Source: Folioceros fuciformis (taxonomy: Eukaryota). From it: a DNA stretch of 41,108 bases. Below the pieces are notes generated by a model, which saw only the letters and a program-made list of their open reading frames with translations, made no database searches and was not told the DNA's origin. The position numbers and the translations under genes were made by a program. Position 1 is the first letter of the stretch, and each line of letters opens with the position of its first letter. Shown in pieces: positions 1 through 11,626 of this stretch. The stretch covers positions 411,689 to 452,796 of the forward strand of contig JBNGIO010006327.1 in assembly GCA_049999805.1 (NCBI GenBank), written 5' to 3'.

Positions 1-3000
1 GACGAGGGGGAAGCTGGCCCTCCGACTGCCTCGGCAAGCCGCCTTGGTCAGGCATGAGAGGTACGCCGGGAAGCATATCCTGGTTTTTCTTCGTCCACCG
101 TGGAAAATTCTGCTTGTTCCTCCGGAACGATTTTACCCCTGGCGAGGTGCTTCCTTGGGGCTGCGTCGCACCGGATCCCATCGGATTCCTGAATTGGCCT
201 TGAGATGTGGAGGGTTCACCAGCTCTGACACTGGTTCCAGGAGGACTAGTCGCATGTTGGCCCTGTTGAGGATTTCTTCGCTCTCCATCATAGTCCGCGT
301 GACTTGGGTCGTCCATGGGTCCATTCGACTCCTGAAGCTTGCCTCTCCTTCGACCCCTGTTTCTGTGTCTCTCACGACTCTTGAAAGCATGAGGGCAACC
401 GGGAACGGACATGGCTGGTGATCCAGGGGATTCAGTAATTCCACATGCTTGGATACCCTGCTGAATATGATCAACTTGGCTACCCTGCTGAGCCTGCGCC
501 TCACTCACTGCTGCCGAAAATGGCCTACCGCAGGTCGCTCGGGCTTTTGCCTTTGTGGACTTCAGCCTTGCAGACGGGGAGGACTGCTCCCCACTATCGT
601 TGTCAGATGCTAGACCAATTGGTTCTTCTTCCGGTCCACAAGTTGCTTTCTGTTGTTCCATTTGCTTGCCAGAAGCCGAAATTTGTGACACACCTGCTCC
701 GAACCTTCCTGTACCTGACTTCTTCCCAACTCCTCCTTTCACTTGTGTTTGGCCAAGATTATCCTGCCTTCCTTTTCCCTGTGAACCAAAGAAGTGATGC
801 TTGTTCGCCTCTTGGAATGGTTGGTGCTGATTCCAGCCTCCATTTTGCGTCCTAACGCACGGAAGCTGCTGTCCATACCCCGTATGCCGAAATTGACCAT
901 TGAGTTGACCGTACACCTGAGCGTATTGCTGACCATATTGCTGCTGCATCTTTGAACGAACCCCTGGTATCAAGTTTCCCTGGGGCCAGCAAAATAGGCA
1001 AACTCGCAACCAGGATGGATCACTATCAGGCNNNNNNNNNNNNNNNNNNNNNNNNNNNNNNNNNNNNNNNNNNNNNNNNNNNNNNNNNNNNNNNNNNNNN
1101 NNNNNNNNNNNNNNNNNNNNNNNNNNNNNNNATACCGGATAGGGCTTCAGCTGTGACGGAAAACGCATCACATATCTGTGGCAGAGTGTTCTCATGCACA
1201 CTTCTAGCACAGTTCTCCGTATAGTCAAACGGGTCCTCAACCTGCGTACAAATATCACCTTCAACGTAAACTTCAGAGCCAGACTTCACGTAGACATGCG
1301 GGCTCCCAAGATATACATTAAAGCATGCTAATGTTGATTTCTCATGGATCAAGAATGCAAAGAAGGCCCACACCATGAGTATTACTCACACTCATGATGT
1401 AGTGTTTATCTCTCCATGCTTGATTGCTAGTGCTATTGTCGCCCCACTGTCCAGCAAACGTTCGGACAACCAAACCTTGTGTCCACAAATGTTGCACAGA
1501 AGAAAACTGCGGGCCCACAAAGAACAAAATTGGCCTCAACTAAGTTCTAACTTTAGGAAGACCACAGCTTGAAATTCTTCGTTGGAGGCTTTCAACAGTT
1601 AGCGTACAGCCTCAGACAATCCAGATAAAGTACATGGCTATGATACCGTTCGGCAATTGAAGCAAAATACGGAATTACCTGGACGAAGAAAGATAGCAGA
1701 AGATCCGCAACAGTACTCTTGTTCTGTTGACCAAAACCTTCACCTATAAAAGCTTGTATTCTTTTGGAACACTCTTCCAGATGTTGGTCCCTTGAGCTTC
1801 CAGCCCACTTTCCTGTTGAATTTTACACATGTGAGCATCTTTACCTACACATTGTGCAGGGACCAACAGTCATAACCCATTTCAAGCGTAAACTACAAAA
1901 CATGCAATCGGATAGGAAAATCAATCGTTCCATAAGAAGCAGATGTGCTCACGAACCAAACCTGGCGGCTCGTTGCCTTTCTCCTCACCAAGAATGGTAC
2001 TCAATGCAGGGAGGATAGGAGGGGTCCTTGTCTGGAGGGGACAAGAATTCATTAGATGAGCATAGACCCGTCCAACAACACGATGGACCTGAATGTCCCA
2101 AATGCCTGCAGCACGTCTGGCATCAGAAGAGACTTACTTGCAAATGGAAAACCACAAGCAGAGAAATAGCATAGGAATTCAAGGTGCCCAGCTTTGGTTC
2201 GTTGATTCCTTGTGCCTTCGCCCAGCACTTCACCTGACCACAGAGCAAGGACCGCTGTGAACCTTGAACTGTAAACCCTTCCAGCAACTACGAGTAAGTC
2301 CAATCGTTTCAAATGGGACGCCAATTTCCTCCACTTCAGGGAGGATTTGCGCGTTGTATTGCTCTTGCCAGGAGAGTGACTTGCCTTACCAGGTAAATGA
2401 GTTGACGACAACGCAGATCAATGTCACATATCCAGCGAAGCACACGCGACTTGAACAAGCCAATGCCGTTATCCACCGAGATATCACATGATATCCCAGT
2501 CTGCGTATCCACGAACATGACCAGTGGCACACGAGCATGCGAAATAAATCTCAGCTTTCTCACCGTACCTATCATGAAAGACGCCAACAAGAAAGAAGAA
2601 GACTGTGAGTAAACCGACCACTGATCGAACTAAGCATTGCCAACTGATGGGTCACAAGTATCGCAGGTTAAGTCGTAACAAGCTGATCAGAAAATACCTG
2701 ATCTGCCCAATTCTCGTTCTATGCACTTAAGAAGCTTGACCCTCCTGCTCTTTGATACAGGACCAAGCCTGGGAAACTCCAAGGAAAGGTCCAAATCACC
2801 CCAGGGTGTAAAAAAATTGGACTCAAAAGAGCCAAAAGGCACAATCACTGCACCTGCATACATCACCAGTAAACTGCATCAGGTGAATGTTGACATTCAT
2901 AAAACGGACCTGCCTCTCACTCAGTTTGCAGCTGCACAAACTTTCAGGCAGTTAAAAGAACCCTTTTCGACAGGCCTATGACGTGTAATGGTGTGGCAAA

Positions 3001-4558
3001 CAAAATACACTCACTGCGTACCGTTGCAGTCCTCCAGTAATTGGCAGAAGTTAGTGAGCCTTTGCACAAGGTGCATTCTCATGTGATAATCATACTCCTT
3101 GGGCTGAAGACCCGAGAAAATATCAGCAAGTAAAAGTGTCAGATGACTGGCTGTTACTTGATTCCAAAGAGGAGCTGGGAATTGCTGCCACTTCCTGTGC
3201 TCCACATCTAGGGCCACCTCAGCGACACGAGTGCCAAGACGGGGTGCATAAAACCCGCCTGCTCACAATCCACATATCCCACACCTTTAGTGGAACAGAA
3301 AACTGCCATAACACACGGTTCTGAGCGAGGAATAGTTACAGGCAGATGGAAGAGTCACTACTTACTTGGAGGTGAAAAAGGTACATCCACATCCCTTGGG
3401 ATCTGTTCTTGACCTTTCGAGTGGCAGGGCATCTCTAAATTGTACACACTAGAGTTGTGAGGAACTTGGGGGATAAGAGGCTCGTTTCTGTCCGGATATT
3501 GCAGGAGATCCAAAGGCTGGGCGCGGATATCACCATCCCTTGACATCTCGAGAGGTCGAAAGTTAGTGGTCGCACAAGCATCTGCAGACCGCCATTCTTC
3601 CTCATGCATGGTCTGCCCCTTCAACTGCTCATGCGGTCTCAAATGGGTCCAGGTCGAGGAGAGCAAAGAATTGGGAGGGTGCACTGGAAACCGAAGATAG
3701 GAGTCGGCAGGCACGCAAGGAAATCCCTGTGCAACATTGTCCGGCAGCACTAGGTTGTGCGGAGCACCAGTCGCGTAAAGCCCAGGAGGCCTGGCAAATA
3801 TTCGACAATTTGCGTCCCAAGCCTCAAATTCTGTCGCGCACTGAGCAGGGGAGCCGTTGTACAAGCCAGTGCCAAAGGATACGAAGACCTGGTCCCGGAT
3901 ACCTACTTGCCGGCGCTCGTGAGGCTCAGGGGCACGAGAATGGGGGTCCCTGAAATGCGCTCCCCCATCAGGCTGCCGCGGCAGCGCAACCTCCCTCAAC
4001 CCCAAGAAGTCCACAGTCCTCGCACCCTGACACCCGCCAAAATCGTGGCCCCGACCCTGCACATCCTCATCAAGCGAGGTCGGCAACGCGTCCGCCCCCG
4101 AGCTGAGCGTGGAGCTGCCTAGGTCCTCCCCAAGACTACTGGGCAGCGCATCGACGATGGCCTGGATTCCACCTTCCCCGTCCTCGTCCAGGCTGCAGGG
4201 CAGCGCATCCCCTACCGCAGCTCCCTGCACCACAGCCCGGAGCGGCTCCTTCCCCTCCCAGCAGCACCGGGCGAAGGAAGCCTGCACCTGCTGCCTGTCC
4301 CGGAATTTGGAGAAGTCAGATGCCAATTGCGTCGCCCCGCCTCCAACTCCACTCCTGTACCGCTCCCAGGAGCAGTCATACTTGTCGCCTGCTCACACAC
4401 AAGGTTCAGAAGAGGAAGTGAGCGACCACAGAGCTGTGCGCCGCAACCGGAAGCCATGACCACGACCACGACCATGGTCTACAAAAATCACGCCCCACGC
4501 GCAGGCTCTGCGGCAGCAGCACAGAAGTGACAGGCAGAAACAAACCTAGTTCTTCCAT
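1..4558 (-). CDS. HESO1: HESO1-like terminal uridylyltransferase (Pol-beta nucleotidyltransferase + PAP-associated domain) with long N- and C-terminal extensions; multi-exon, 3' end outside the window
   Basis: Manual splicing with GT-AG sites: 4558-4546 (MEELG), 4388-3366, then ~3208-3021, 2853-2698 (VPFGSFESNFFTPWGDLDLS, catalytic GS/DxD), 2568-2392 (HARVPLV..CDISVDN..KSRVLRWICDID), ~2233-2138 (VKCWAKAQGINEPKLGTLNSYAISLLVVFHLQ), further exons (TRTPPILP; STVADLLLSFFVQ; FSSVQH..), VEDPFDYTENCARSV, and an open Q/G-rich frame from 1031 to 1. Motifs match plant HESO1 as I know it. The start exon is inferred from phase compatibility. Confidence 0.9.
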
Positions 4559-5494
4559 AGCTGAAGCGGGAACACAGGCAAGGAAGCCGGGCGCGAACCC
4601 GCAGGCTCATCATCAAAAGTCAGGAGTGGCACAGCCTTTCCACGCCCCACCACACATGATGCACCTCACGCAGGCCTGCTCCTCACAAACCCCGCCCTAT
4701 CCTTCTCCGGGCGGGGACATGGCAGGAGCAGCGCAATTCCACCTCTCAAACGGCACACACAGACACATGCAGCAGCAGCAGCAACACACCACCCACTCCG
4801 CGTCCATGGACCAAGTAAACAGGCGAGCCGCGGTGCCGCAAATTCTGCACACCAGCAGCAGGAGCAGGAGCAGGCGCCGCCTGCCTGCCTGCCGCCCGCA
4901 GCGACAGTCACAGGACCACGCTCACCAAGCGAGGCGGCTGCTGCAACGGGCCCCGATTCCGACCGCCATCACGAGGCTCGCAGGAATGCGGAGAGGAACC
5001 AACCTGATCGCTCGCCTGACGAGGCTCCCTGGTCCCCTTAGCTTAACTGCTGTGCCGGCATCGGCATGCAAACCGGGTTGCAGCGCATTGTGTAGATGGC
5101 AGCATGCGCGGCAAGGCCGGCCGCGCCGTGGACAGGCGGCCATCCTGGAGGCAGCATGAAATGGGTCCGTCAAACGGGCTCGGATTGCGGATGGCGGCAC
5201 ACACGGAATCTCCTCGTCCAAAGAAAGGGAGGCGGCATCAAGACGGGCGAGGTGATGCAGCCATGAATTCAATGAAATCAAGTTAACACTAACTGGCTCG
5301 AGCTAACACCAATTAACTATCTCAAGTAAGGTAGTTACCGACAATGACAAGTGTCGATTACTACAATATGTATATATTTTCCGCGTGTCCTCATCAGCTG
5401 GCACTGGCTTCGTCGGCTCGGGAGTCGGCACCATCATCACTCGCTCCTCCAAGTGCTGGGGCCTGATACCGAGCGATGGCCGCCTGAAGCGCAC

Positions 5495-6558
5495 ATGCCT
5501 CTGCTCGCGCTGCGCACCACCAGCGGNNNNNNNNNNNNNNNNNNNNNNNNNNNNNNNNNNNNNNNNNNNNNNNNNNNNNNNNNNNNNNNNNNNNNNNNNN
5601 NNNNNNNNNNNNNNNNNNNNNNNNNNTCGCGCTGCGCACCACCAGCGGCCTGCTGCCGCGGATCTTCCTCGTTCCTGTTGCGGCTTTTGTATTGACGCGA
5701 CCGTCGGGAGCGAGCCGGCCGTTTTGCGCTGCGCCGTGGGATTCGAGGCGGGAGCGGGAGAACCTGACTGCTACGAGTTGGCGGGGGAGGGAATTGCGTT
5801 CACCTAGGGTTTCCGTGCTGCGTTGGCCGGGCCAGGAGATGGAGACCGGGCTGGTGGAGGAGGCGGTGGCTCAGGCGGAGGCTACTGCGTCTGCAACAAA
5901 GAAGAAGCCGTTCGGGGCGAACTCGGAGGACGAGGGAGAGAATCGACCGGATTCTGGATCGGGAAGGAGGATTCCGGATTTCGATAATCCCGAGCGGTTC
6001 GAGCTCACGCCGACTGTGACGCTGGTCCTACAAGGAGGAGATATTACCGAGTGGTCCGTGGACGGCAACAAGGACGCGATTGTCAATGCAGCCAACGAGC
6101 TATTGCTTGGTGGAGGCGGCGTGGATGGTGCTATACATCAGGCGGCGGGAAGAGAGTTATACTTCGCCTGCAAAGACGTGCCTTGCGTGGCGCCTGGAGT
6201 GCGGTGCCCCACGGGTGAGGCTGTGCTCACGGATGCGTTTGATCTAGCCGTGGCCAAAGTGATCCACACGGTTGGGCCGACATATTCGATGTCCAGAGCA
6301 CCGGAGCTCCTGGCGAAGGCGTATGAGAATTCCGTCAAGAAAGCTCTGGATGCTGGCCTTGAGTACGTGAGCTTTCCTGCCATCTCCTGCGGTGCTTATG
6401 GATACCCTCCCGAGGAGGCGGTTGAGGTGGCGTTGGACTCTCTACAGAAGCACTCGGAAGGTTTGCGGGAAGTGCACTTTGTTCTTTTCGATGAGGCTGC
6501 GCGAAGGGCCTGGTTCGGGGCCGCACGTGAGAGACTAATGACGCGCCATGAGGACTAG
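5495..6558 (+). CDS. MacroD/YmdB-type macrodomain protein (ADP-ribose-1''-phosphate / O-acetyl-ADP-ribose processing family), intronless; ATG 5495 if the gap is collapsed, second ATG at 5839
   Basis: Motifs GDIT, DAIVNAANELLLGGGGVDGAIHQAAG, VIHTVGP and FPAISCGAYGYP. A 22-bp duplication flanks the N gap (5505-5526 = 5627-5648); removing it puts ATG 5495 in frame. Confidence 0.92.
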
Positions 6559-6971
6559 TCTACTGGAGATTCGTGCGAGGTTTGGCCGGGACGGCCCACG
6601 CTTGCGCTCGAATGAGGACAGTTCAGCGTCTTTCGATCTTTCATCCGTTTTTTGAATGAGTTGGAAGTACAGAGTCGGGATGTTGGCAATGCCGTAGCGA
6701 CGCGACCTATCTTGAGCTCGCAGAGCTAAGGTTACGGGGTAGCCATGCCGTAGCAAAGCGACCGCCTCCGCTTTAGGTGGGAAGGGATGTCATATGTTGG
6801 TCATGAGAGCTCTTCCCCGTGAGATATCTAAGTACTTCTCATTGCCGGTAGATTGACAGTTTTAACTTGTGCGATGGTTGGGGATCCGTAGCGATTCTCA
6901 ACTCATTGACGGCCGTGGGAAACGTGCGGAAAGCGTTTGTCCCCGGCCAGTGACACGGAATTGAGGGGAAA

Positions 6972-8279
6972 CTAGACACGACGTGTGAAGAAATGCTTGT
7001 GCTCGTCATCGTCCTGATTTGTTTTCAAAGAGGGCTTTCGTCTACCACTGTGGGGACCTCCAACTTTGCCCCATTTCTCAAATTGTTGTTGCCTAGCTCT
7101 AGCTCTCTCCTTCTCCGCAGGAGTCTTGAGGTAAAAGCAGTGCGGGCATGAAACCCCCTCCTCCCAGAAGACAGACTGCTCATCCTGGTCGTTAACCGGC
7201 TTCTTGCACGCATAGCAGAGCCTATAACTTCCTTGCCTGTGCCCATGCTCTACGGCAACCCGCTTGTCGAACACAAAGCACTCTCCTTCCCAGAGACTTT
7301 CCGACGCCGGAACTTCCTCAAGATATTTCAGAATTCCTCCTTCCAGATGATAAACCTCTTCAAAACCCTTGCTGAGCAGAAACGAACTGGCTTTCTCGCA
7401 CCTGATGCCCCCGGTACAATACATGGCCACCCGCGGTTGAGAGCTCTGCCCGTTCTCCCTTTCCTCGCCCGAGCTCCCGAGGTGGTCTTCCACCCAGGCA
7501 GGGAAATCCCTGAACGCCGTCGTCCTGGGATCCACCGCTCCCCTGAACTTTCCTATGCGGACCTCGTAGTCGTTCCGCACGTCGATAACCACAGTGCCCG
7601 GATCGCTGATCACAGCATTCCAATCCTTCGGCTTCACGTACTTCCCGACCTTCAAGGCGGGATTCACCCCAGGTACTCCCAGCGGCACTACCTCCTTCTT
7701 CAACCTGACCCTAACGTGGTCCCAGCGAAATGGCGCGTCGTCCCCCGCTCCCAGCGGCGATTTCTCACTGTGGCCGTGATGCAGGAGCTCGTCCTCCGGC
7801 CCCGCCGGGGCTTCCACCATCCGGATACCCGCCAGCCTGGGATCCCTCTGCACAGTGGCCAAAACCCGCTCCACCGCCTGGACCGTCCCGCAGATGCTGC
7901 CATTGATGCCTTCAGCAGCCAGAATAATGTGCCCGGACACGAGATTCACATTGCAGAGCTCCCGCAGAGGCTCTTTCATCGACTCGTAGTCAGGGACATC
8001 TGCAAACTTGTAGAATGACACCACCACCAAAGACGACGCCTTCTTCCCGAGCTCCACATCTGCAGCCGCCGCCGACGTACACAAGCTCTGTACCATCCTC
8101 GCTCCTTCGGCGGCGGCGGGATGGATCCACATTCTCCCCAGAACCGAGCTGCTCAGCATGCAAACCTCTGCCTTGCCCCACACCACAGCCAGCCTCGGTG
8201 CAGAAGCCGGTGCACACTCCACGCAGCCCCGCAGCTTCGGCAGCACCAGCTTCCTCAACCCGGACACCCGCACAGCCAT
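6972..8279 (-). CDS. STR7: Rhodanese-domain protein of the TrhO/YceA (UPF0176) family, plant STR7-like, with transit-peptide-like N-terminus; intronless
   Basis: SFYKF..GHIILAAEGINGSICG, RVRLKKEVVPLG, DVRNDYEVRIGKF, YCTGGIRCEKAS, LEGGILKYLE, WEGECFVFDKRV and C-terminal CYAC..CPHC. First ATG is at 8279 (the ORF track starts at a TTG). Confidence 0.92.
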   Translation of the reverse strand: MAVRVSGLRKLVLPKLRGCVECAPASAPRLAVVWGKAEVCMLSSSVLGRMWIHPAAAEGARMVQSLCTSAAAADVELGKKASSLVVVSFYKFADVPDYESMKEPLRELCNVNLVSGHIILAAEGINGSICGTVQAVERVLATVQRDPRLAGIRMVEAPAGPEDELLHHGHSEKSPLGAGDDAPFRWDHVRVRLKKEVVPLGVPGVNPALKVGKYVKPKDWNAVISDPGTVVIDVRNDYEVRIGKFRGAVDPRTTAFRDFPAWVEDHLGSSGEERENGQSSQPRVAMYCTGGIRCEKASSFLLSKGFEEVYHLEGGILKYLEEVPASESLWEGECFVFDKRVAVEHGHRQGSYRLCYACKKPVNDQDEQSVFWEEGVSCPHCFYLKTPAEKERARARQQQFEKWGKVGGPHSGRRKPSLKTNQDDDEHKHFFTRRV

Positions 8280-8562
8280 GTTTCGCAACCCTAAAGCGCA
8301 GATAGGAGGACCCCCGATCTACCTCATCCGAATCCGGACTGTTTGCGAAACGCTTCGCTACTTCATGTTTGGTATCGTGTGCCTTTTGCACTCTACGCGC
8401 TTCTTCTCCACTGCGCCTATGAGGCCCAAGGCAGTGAGCAGGCGCACTTCGAAGCAGAAGGGAAAAAGGAGGAGCACGAAAAGATTCGATTGGCCTGACC
8501 GCAGCCTGGATCGCGCGCGCGCCGGCATTCTGTGATGCGGTTGGCCGGCCACGGCTGTCGGC
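8280..8562. promoter_or_regulatory. Short bidirectional promoter/5'UTR region between STR7-like and TMEM120 genes
   Basis: Divergent ATGs only 283 bp apart; telo-box-like AACCCTAA at 8287-8294 and site-II-like GGCCCA at 8423-8428. Confidence 0.55.
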
Positions 8563-10873
8563 ATGGGAGATCTGCGCGGCGCTGCCAACGAGCCGCCGCT
8601 GCCTGGAAATCAGTGCATGCAGGAGTCGCAAGAGGAGCCCAATAGGGCTGAGGAGATCGCACTCCAGGTGTCTGCGCTCGTGGAGCGTTGCAAAGCTTTG
8701 CAGGAAGATGCCGCCTCCTACAGCTCGCGACTCAGGCGGGACGCGGAGGCCATCAGCCAGAACGCGCTGGCGCTGGAGTCGCAGATCAAGCTGCTGGAAG
8801 GAGAGATCAATTTGGCTACGGACAAAGATCACATTAGCCAGCAGCTCGCCGACAGGGTGAGATGGAGTTGCATGTTGTGGGGCCAGGGTTGCGGTCGAGG
8901 TCGGGTTTTAAATTTGCTAGATCGAGCGTGATTCTGGAATTTCTGCTGTTCTCATTTTCCTCTGTTGGTTCGTGTGGTGTTAGCTGGAGGAGGAATTGTA
9001 CAGAGGCCGGAGTATGATATACGAGGGTGATGTCGGAGCTCTCCTCCCGCACAAGTCTAATGGTGTGTAATCTTTTGGGGGATTGGAACCTCCCAAGCCT
9101 CGTGCGGGCTTCCTAGTGTTTCTTGTTGAGAAAGGCTCTGAGAGAGATTCTGCATGGCACAGCTCTCTAATTAGGCGAGTGCAGATGCTCTTCTCAGTTG
9201 TGTTCCGAACTATGCAATAGGGTTGCTTCTATTGGAGTTAAGTTATGCTTGCAGGCAGACTGCCTTACTGTCAGGCATCGAAATACGTTCTTAGCTTGGT
9301 TGTCACACGAAGGTCATAAGCTGACTCGTCACTAACGGCAGTCTTTGTGGATGCACAGGTGTATTTCTAAGTTTACTTCTTGGTCCTGTAAATGTTCGAG
9401 CACCTCAAAATCATGTGCGGCTAAAAGTCAAAGAAGAGTACAACAGCTTCAGGGTATGGATTTCACAGGCTTTTGTGTCTGCGGTGGCTGCGGTTTTCTG
9501 TAGCTTGTGGTTCTCAATTTTTTTCTTGGCTTCATGAAATTCTCTCATTTGCCAATGTCTTTCACCTCAGGATCGCACAGCGATTCTGTTTCTGGCCTTC
9601 CCTTCTCTCTTGCTCCTTCTGAATCATTCTATATGGAACGGGTGTGTTCCTGCCCTGCCAGTGCAAGCTTATCAGGTGCGGACGGATCGTTTTGACCGTT
9701 ACACTTTTTCTGTTGTGTTATTGTCTTATATTTTGTCAGTCTGGGTTCTGGGTCGTCTTCTTCTATACTTATTTTTAGGTCATGCGACCAACTGAACAGG
9801 CATGGTTGCTTTTTTTCTACACAAGTCTCGCCCTCAGGGAAAACATACTGAGAGTTAATGGTAGTGACATCCTGCCATGGTAATATGTCTGATCAGTGGT
9901 TCGGAGTGCTCTGTTTGGGTTGAACCCGTGCTTTGAGTTCTGTGTTGATTCCAACCTCGGCTGCTCTTAGTCCTATGCTCGGCTGTACCTGTAGGTGGGT
10001 CTATCACCATTATTGTGCAATGGCTATGGCCCTGATCTGTCTCACGTGGGGTATTCAAGCCCAGGGTGATTGCCAGCGAAAGCAGGTACAGCTGGTCTGG
10101 TTTCTAGGCGTACTGCTTTTGTCCTGGTGCTGGGTTTGAACCGTTCCTTTTGTTACAGCAAGGAGTACGACTTTTCCTATCATGGGCTGTCATGCAAGGT
10201 GTTGCTATGCTTCTTCAGAACCGTTATCAACGTCGACGGCTGTATACAAGGATAGCTCTTGGCAAGGTATCGTTACATCCAACCAGCCTGAGGTAGATAT
10301 TGTACCTTAAGTGCAGTTAAAAGTGTAGCTGGACATGTTGACAATTGTTTTCATTTACAAGGAGCAGTTGTCCTTGCTTTTGTGGCTGAATGCAGGCTGG
10401 TAGGATGGATGTCGTTTGGGGTGAGACCGCTGGCGTGAAGGGTCAGCTCTGGGTACTGTACCCCTTGCTGTTTATTTTGCAGGTACCTCTTGCGATGTGG
10501 TATCTTCTACCACTCTTCTTTTATGCCATTAAGAGAGATTCCTGTTTGATTCGCATGTTCTTTCCGCAGGCATTTCAGTTTGCCATCGGACTGCTTCTCC
10601 TGCGAACAGCCTTCTTTGAAGAGGAATCAGAATGGCAGGCACGTCTCTTCACTAGTCTCCTTCCGTGATTATCCGTGGGATCGGCGGATGTGTTGGTAAC
10701 AAGCGCTATTCCTGTCTCAGATTGTGGCCTGCGGTTTGCTTCTCGTCACGATGGCCGTGGGAAACTTTTCGAACACAGTGGCGACGGTAGTTACAAAAAG
10801 CAGAATGAAGGCAAAGATGAAGAAAAGGGGAAATCAGGTTTTGCAGCGCATGCCCTCTAAAAGATTGCCCTGA
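8563..10873 (+). CDS. TMEM120/TMPIT family membrane protein, ~11 exons
   Basis: Coiled-coil exon 8563-8856, then LEEELYRGR, LLLGPVNVRA..KVKEEYNSFR, WNGCVPALPVQAYQ, AWLLFFYTSLALRENILRVNGSDI, WVYHHYCAM, LQNRYQRRRLYTRIALGK, MDVVWGET, and last exon 10721-10873 (IVACG..GNFSNTV..KRLP*). Confidence 0.92.
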
Positions 10874-11512
10874 CACCGCATGATTGTAAATACACGTTAG
10901 AGTGTGCTGAGTTTCCACAATTGGCGCTGCTGAGTACCGAGTTCGCTTGCGCTGAGAAGCGAGGGCTCGTTGATGTACCAATTTTTGCGATTAGGGAGAT
11001 GCGGTTGCTGCGTACCTGCGATGAGTGGATCTTGCCGCTGTCCTGGCCACACACATGGAATGAAAAGGCGTGTCTAATTGATGACGCATTTTCTGACAGC
11101 TTACAGTGGCCAGACAGCTTAATCTTATTGTGAAGTGAGAGTCACCATTCTTTGTGAAGTAGTCGTTCTTTAATATGGAGAACTTCGATCTAGGAGACCA
11201 AGGGAGCCCCGACCCCACAAACGGGACGTCTTGTTTTCCCAAGGAAGAACTTGAATAATTTATTTACTGTATTCCCTTTGATGAAGACAAGGTTCCCATT
11301 TTCACTTGTCTTCTCATTTTTTTCCCAACATAGGTCGTCCTTGCATTTGCATTAGCCCCTAATTGTGTTACTCCTGGAAGGACATTTTGCTGTGACAAGA
11401 GTTAACAAAACATACTAAAATCGGAACCCAAAACCTAGTTGGGCCCATATCGGAAAGGTACCTTACGGTAACTGGGCCTGCATTTCAGAACTCCTGGTGC
11501 CACATGTTATGT

Positions 11513-11626
11513 GGCTTTCCTTGTCGGGCAAGCCAATCCCATCCTGCAGAGGCTTTCCTTGTCGGGCAAGCCAATCCCATCCTGCAGAGGCTTTCCTTGA
11601 CGGGCAAGCCAATCCCATCCTGCAGA
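11513..11626. repeat. Tandem repeat, 3 x 38 bp (GGCTTTCCTTGTCGGGCAAGCCAATCCCATCCTGCAGA)
   Basis: Units start at 11513, 11551 and 11589; one substitution in the third unit. Confidence 0.95.

Noticed and set aside
7233..8832. Long antisense ORFs (7233-8018 +, 7990-8832 -)
   Set aside because: Shadow frames of GC-rich real genes; no recognisable domains.
11513..11626. 38-bp palindromic repeat as a CRISPR array
   Set aside because: Units are contiguous with no spacers, there are no cas genes, and the context is eukaryotic.
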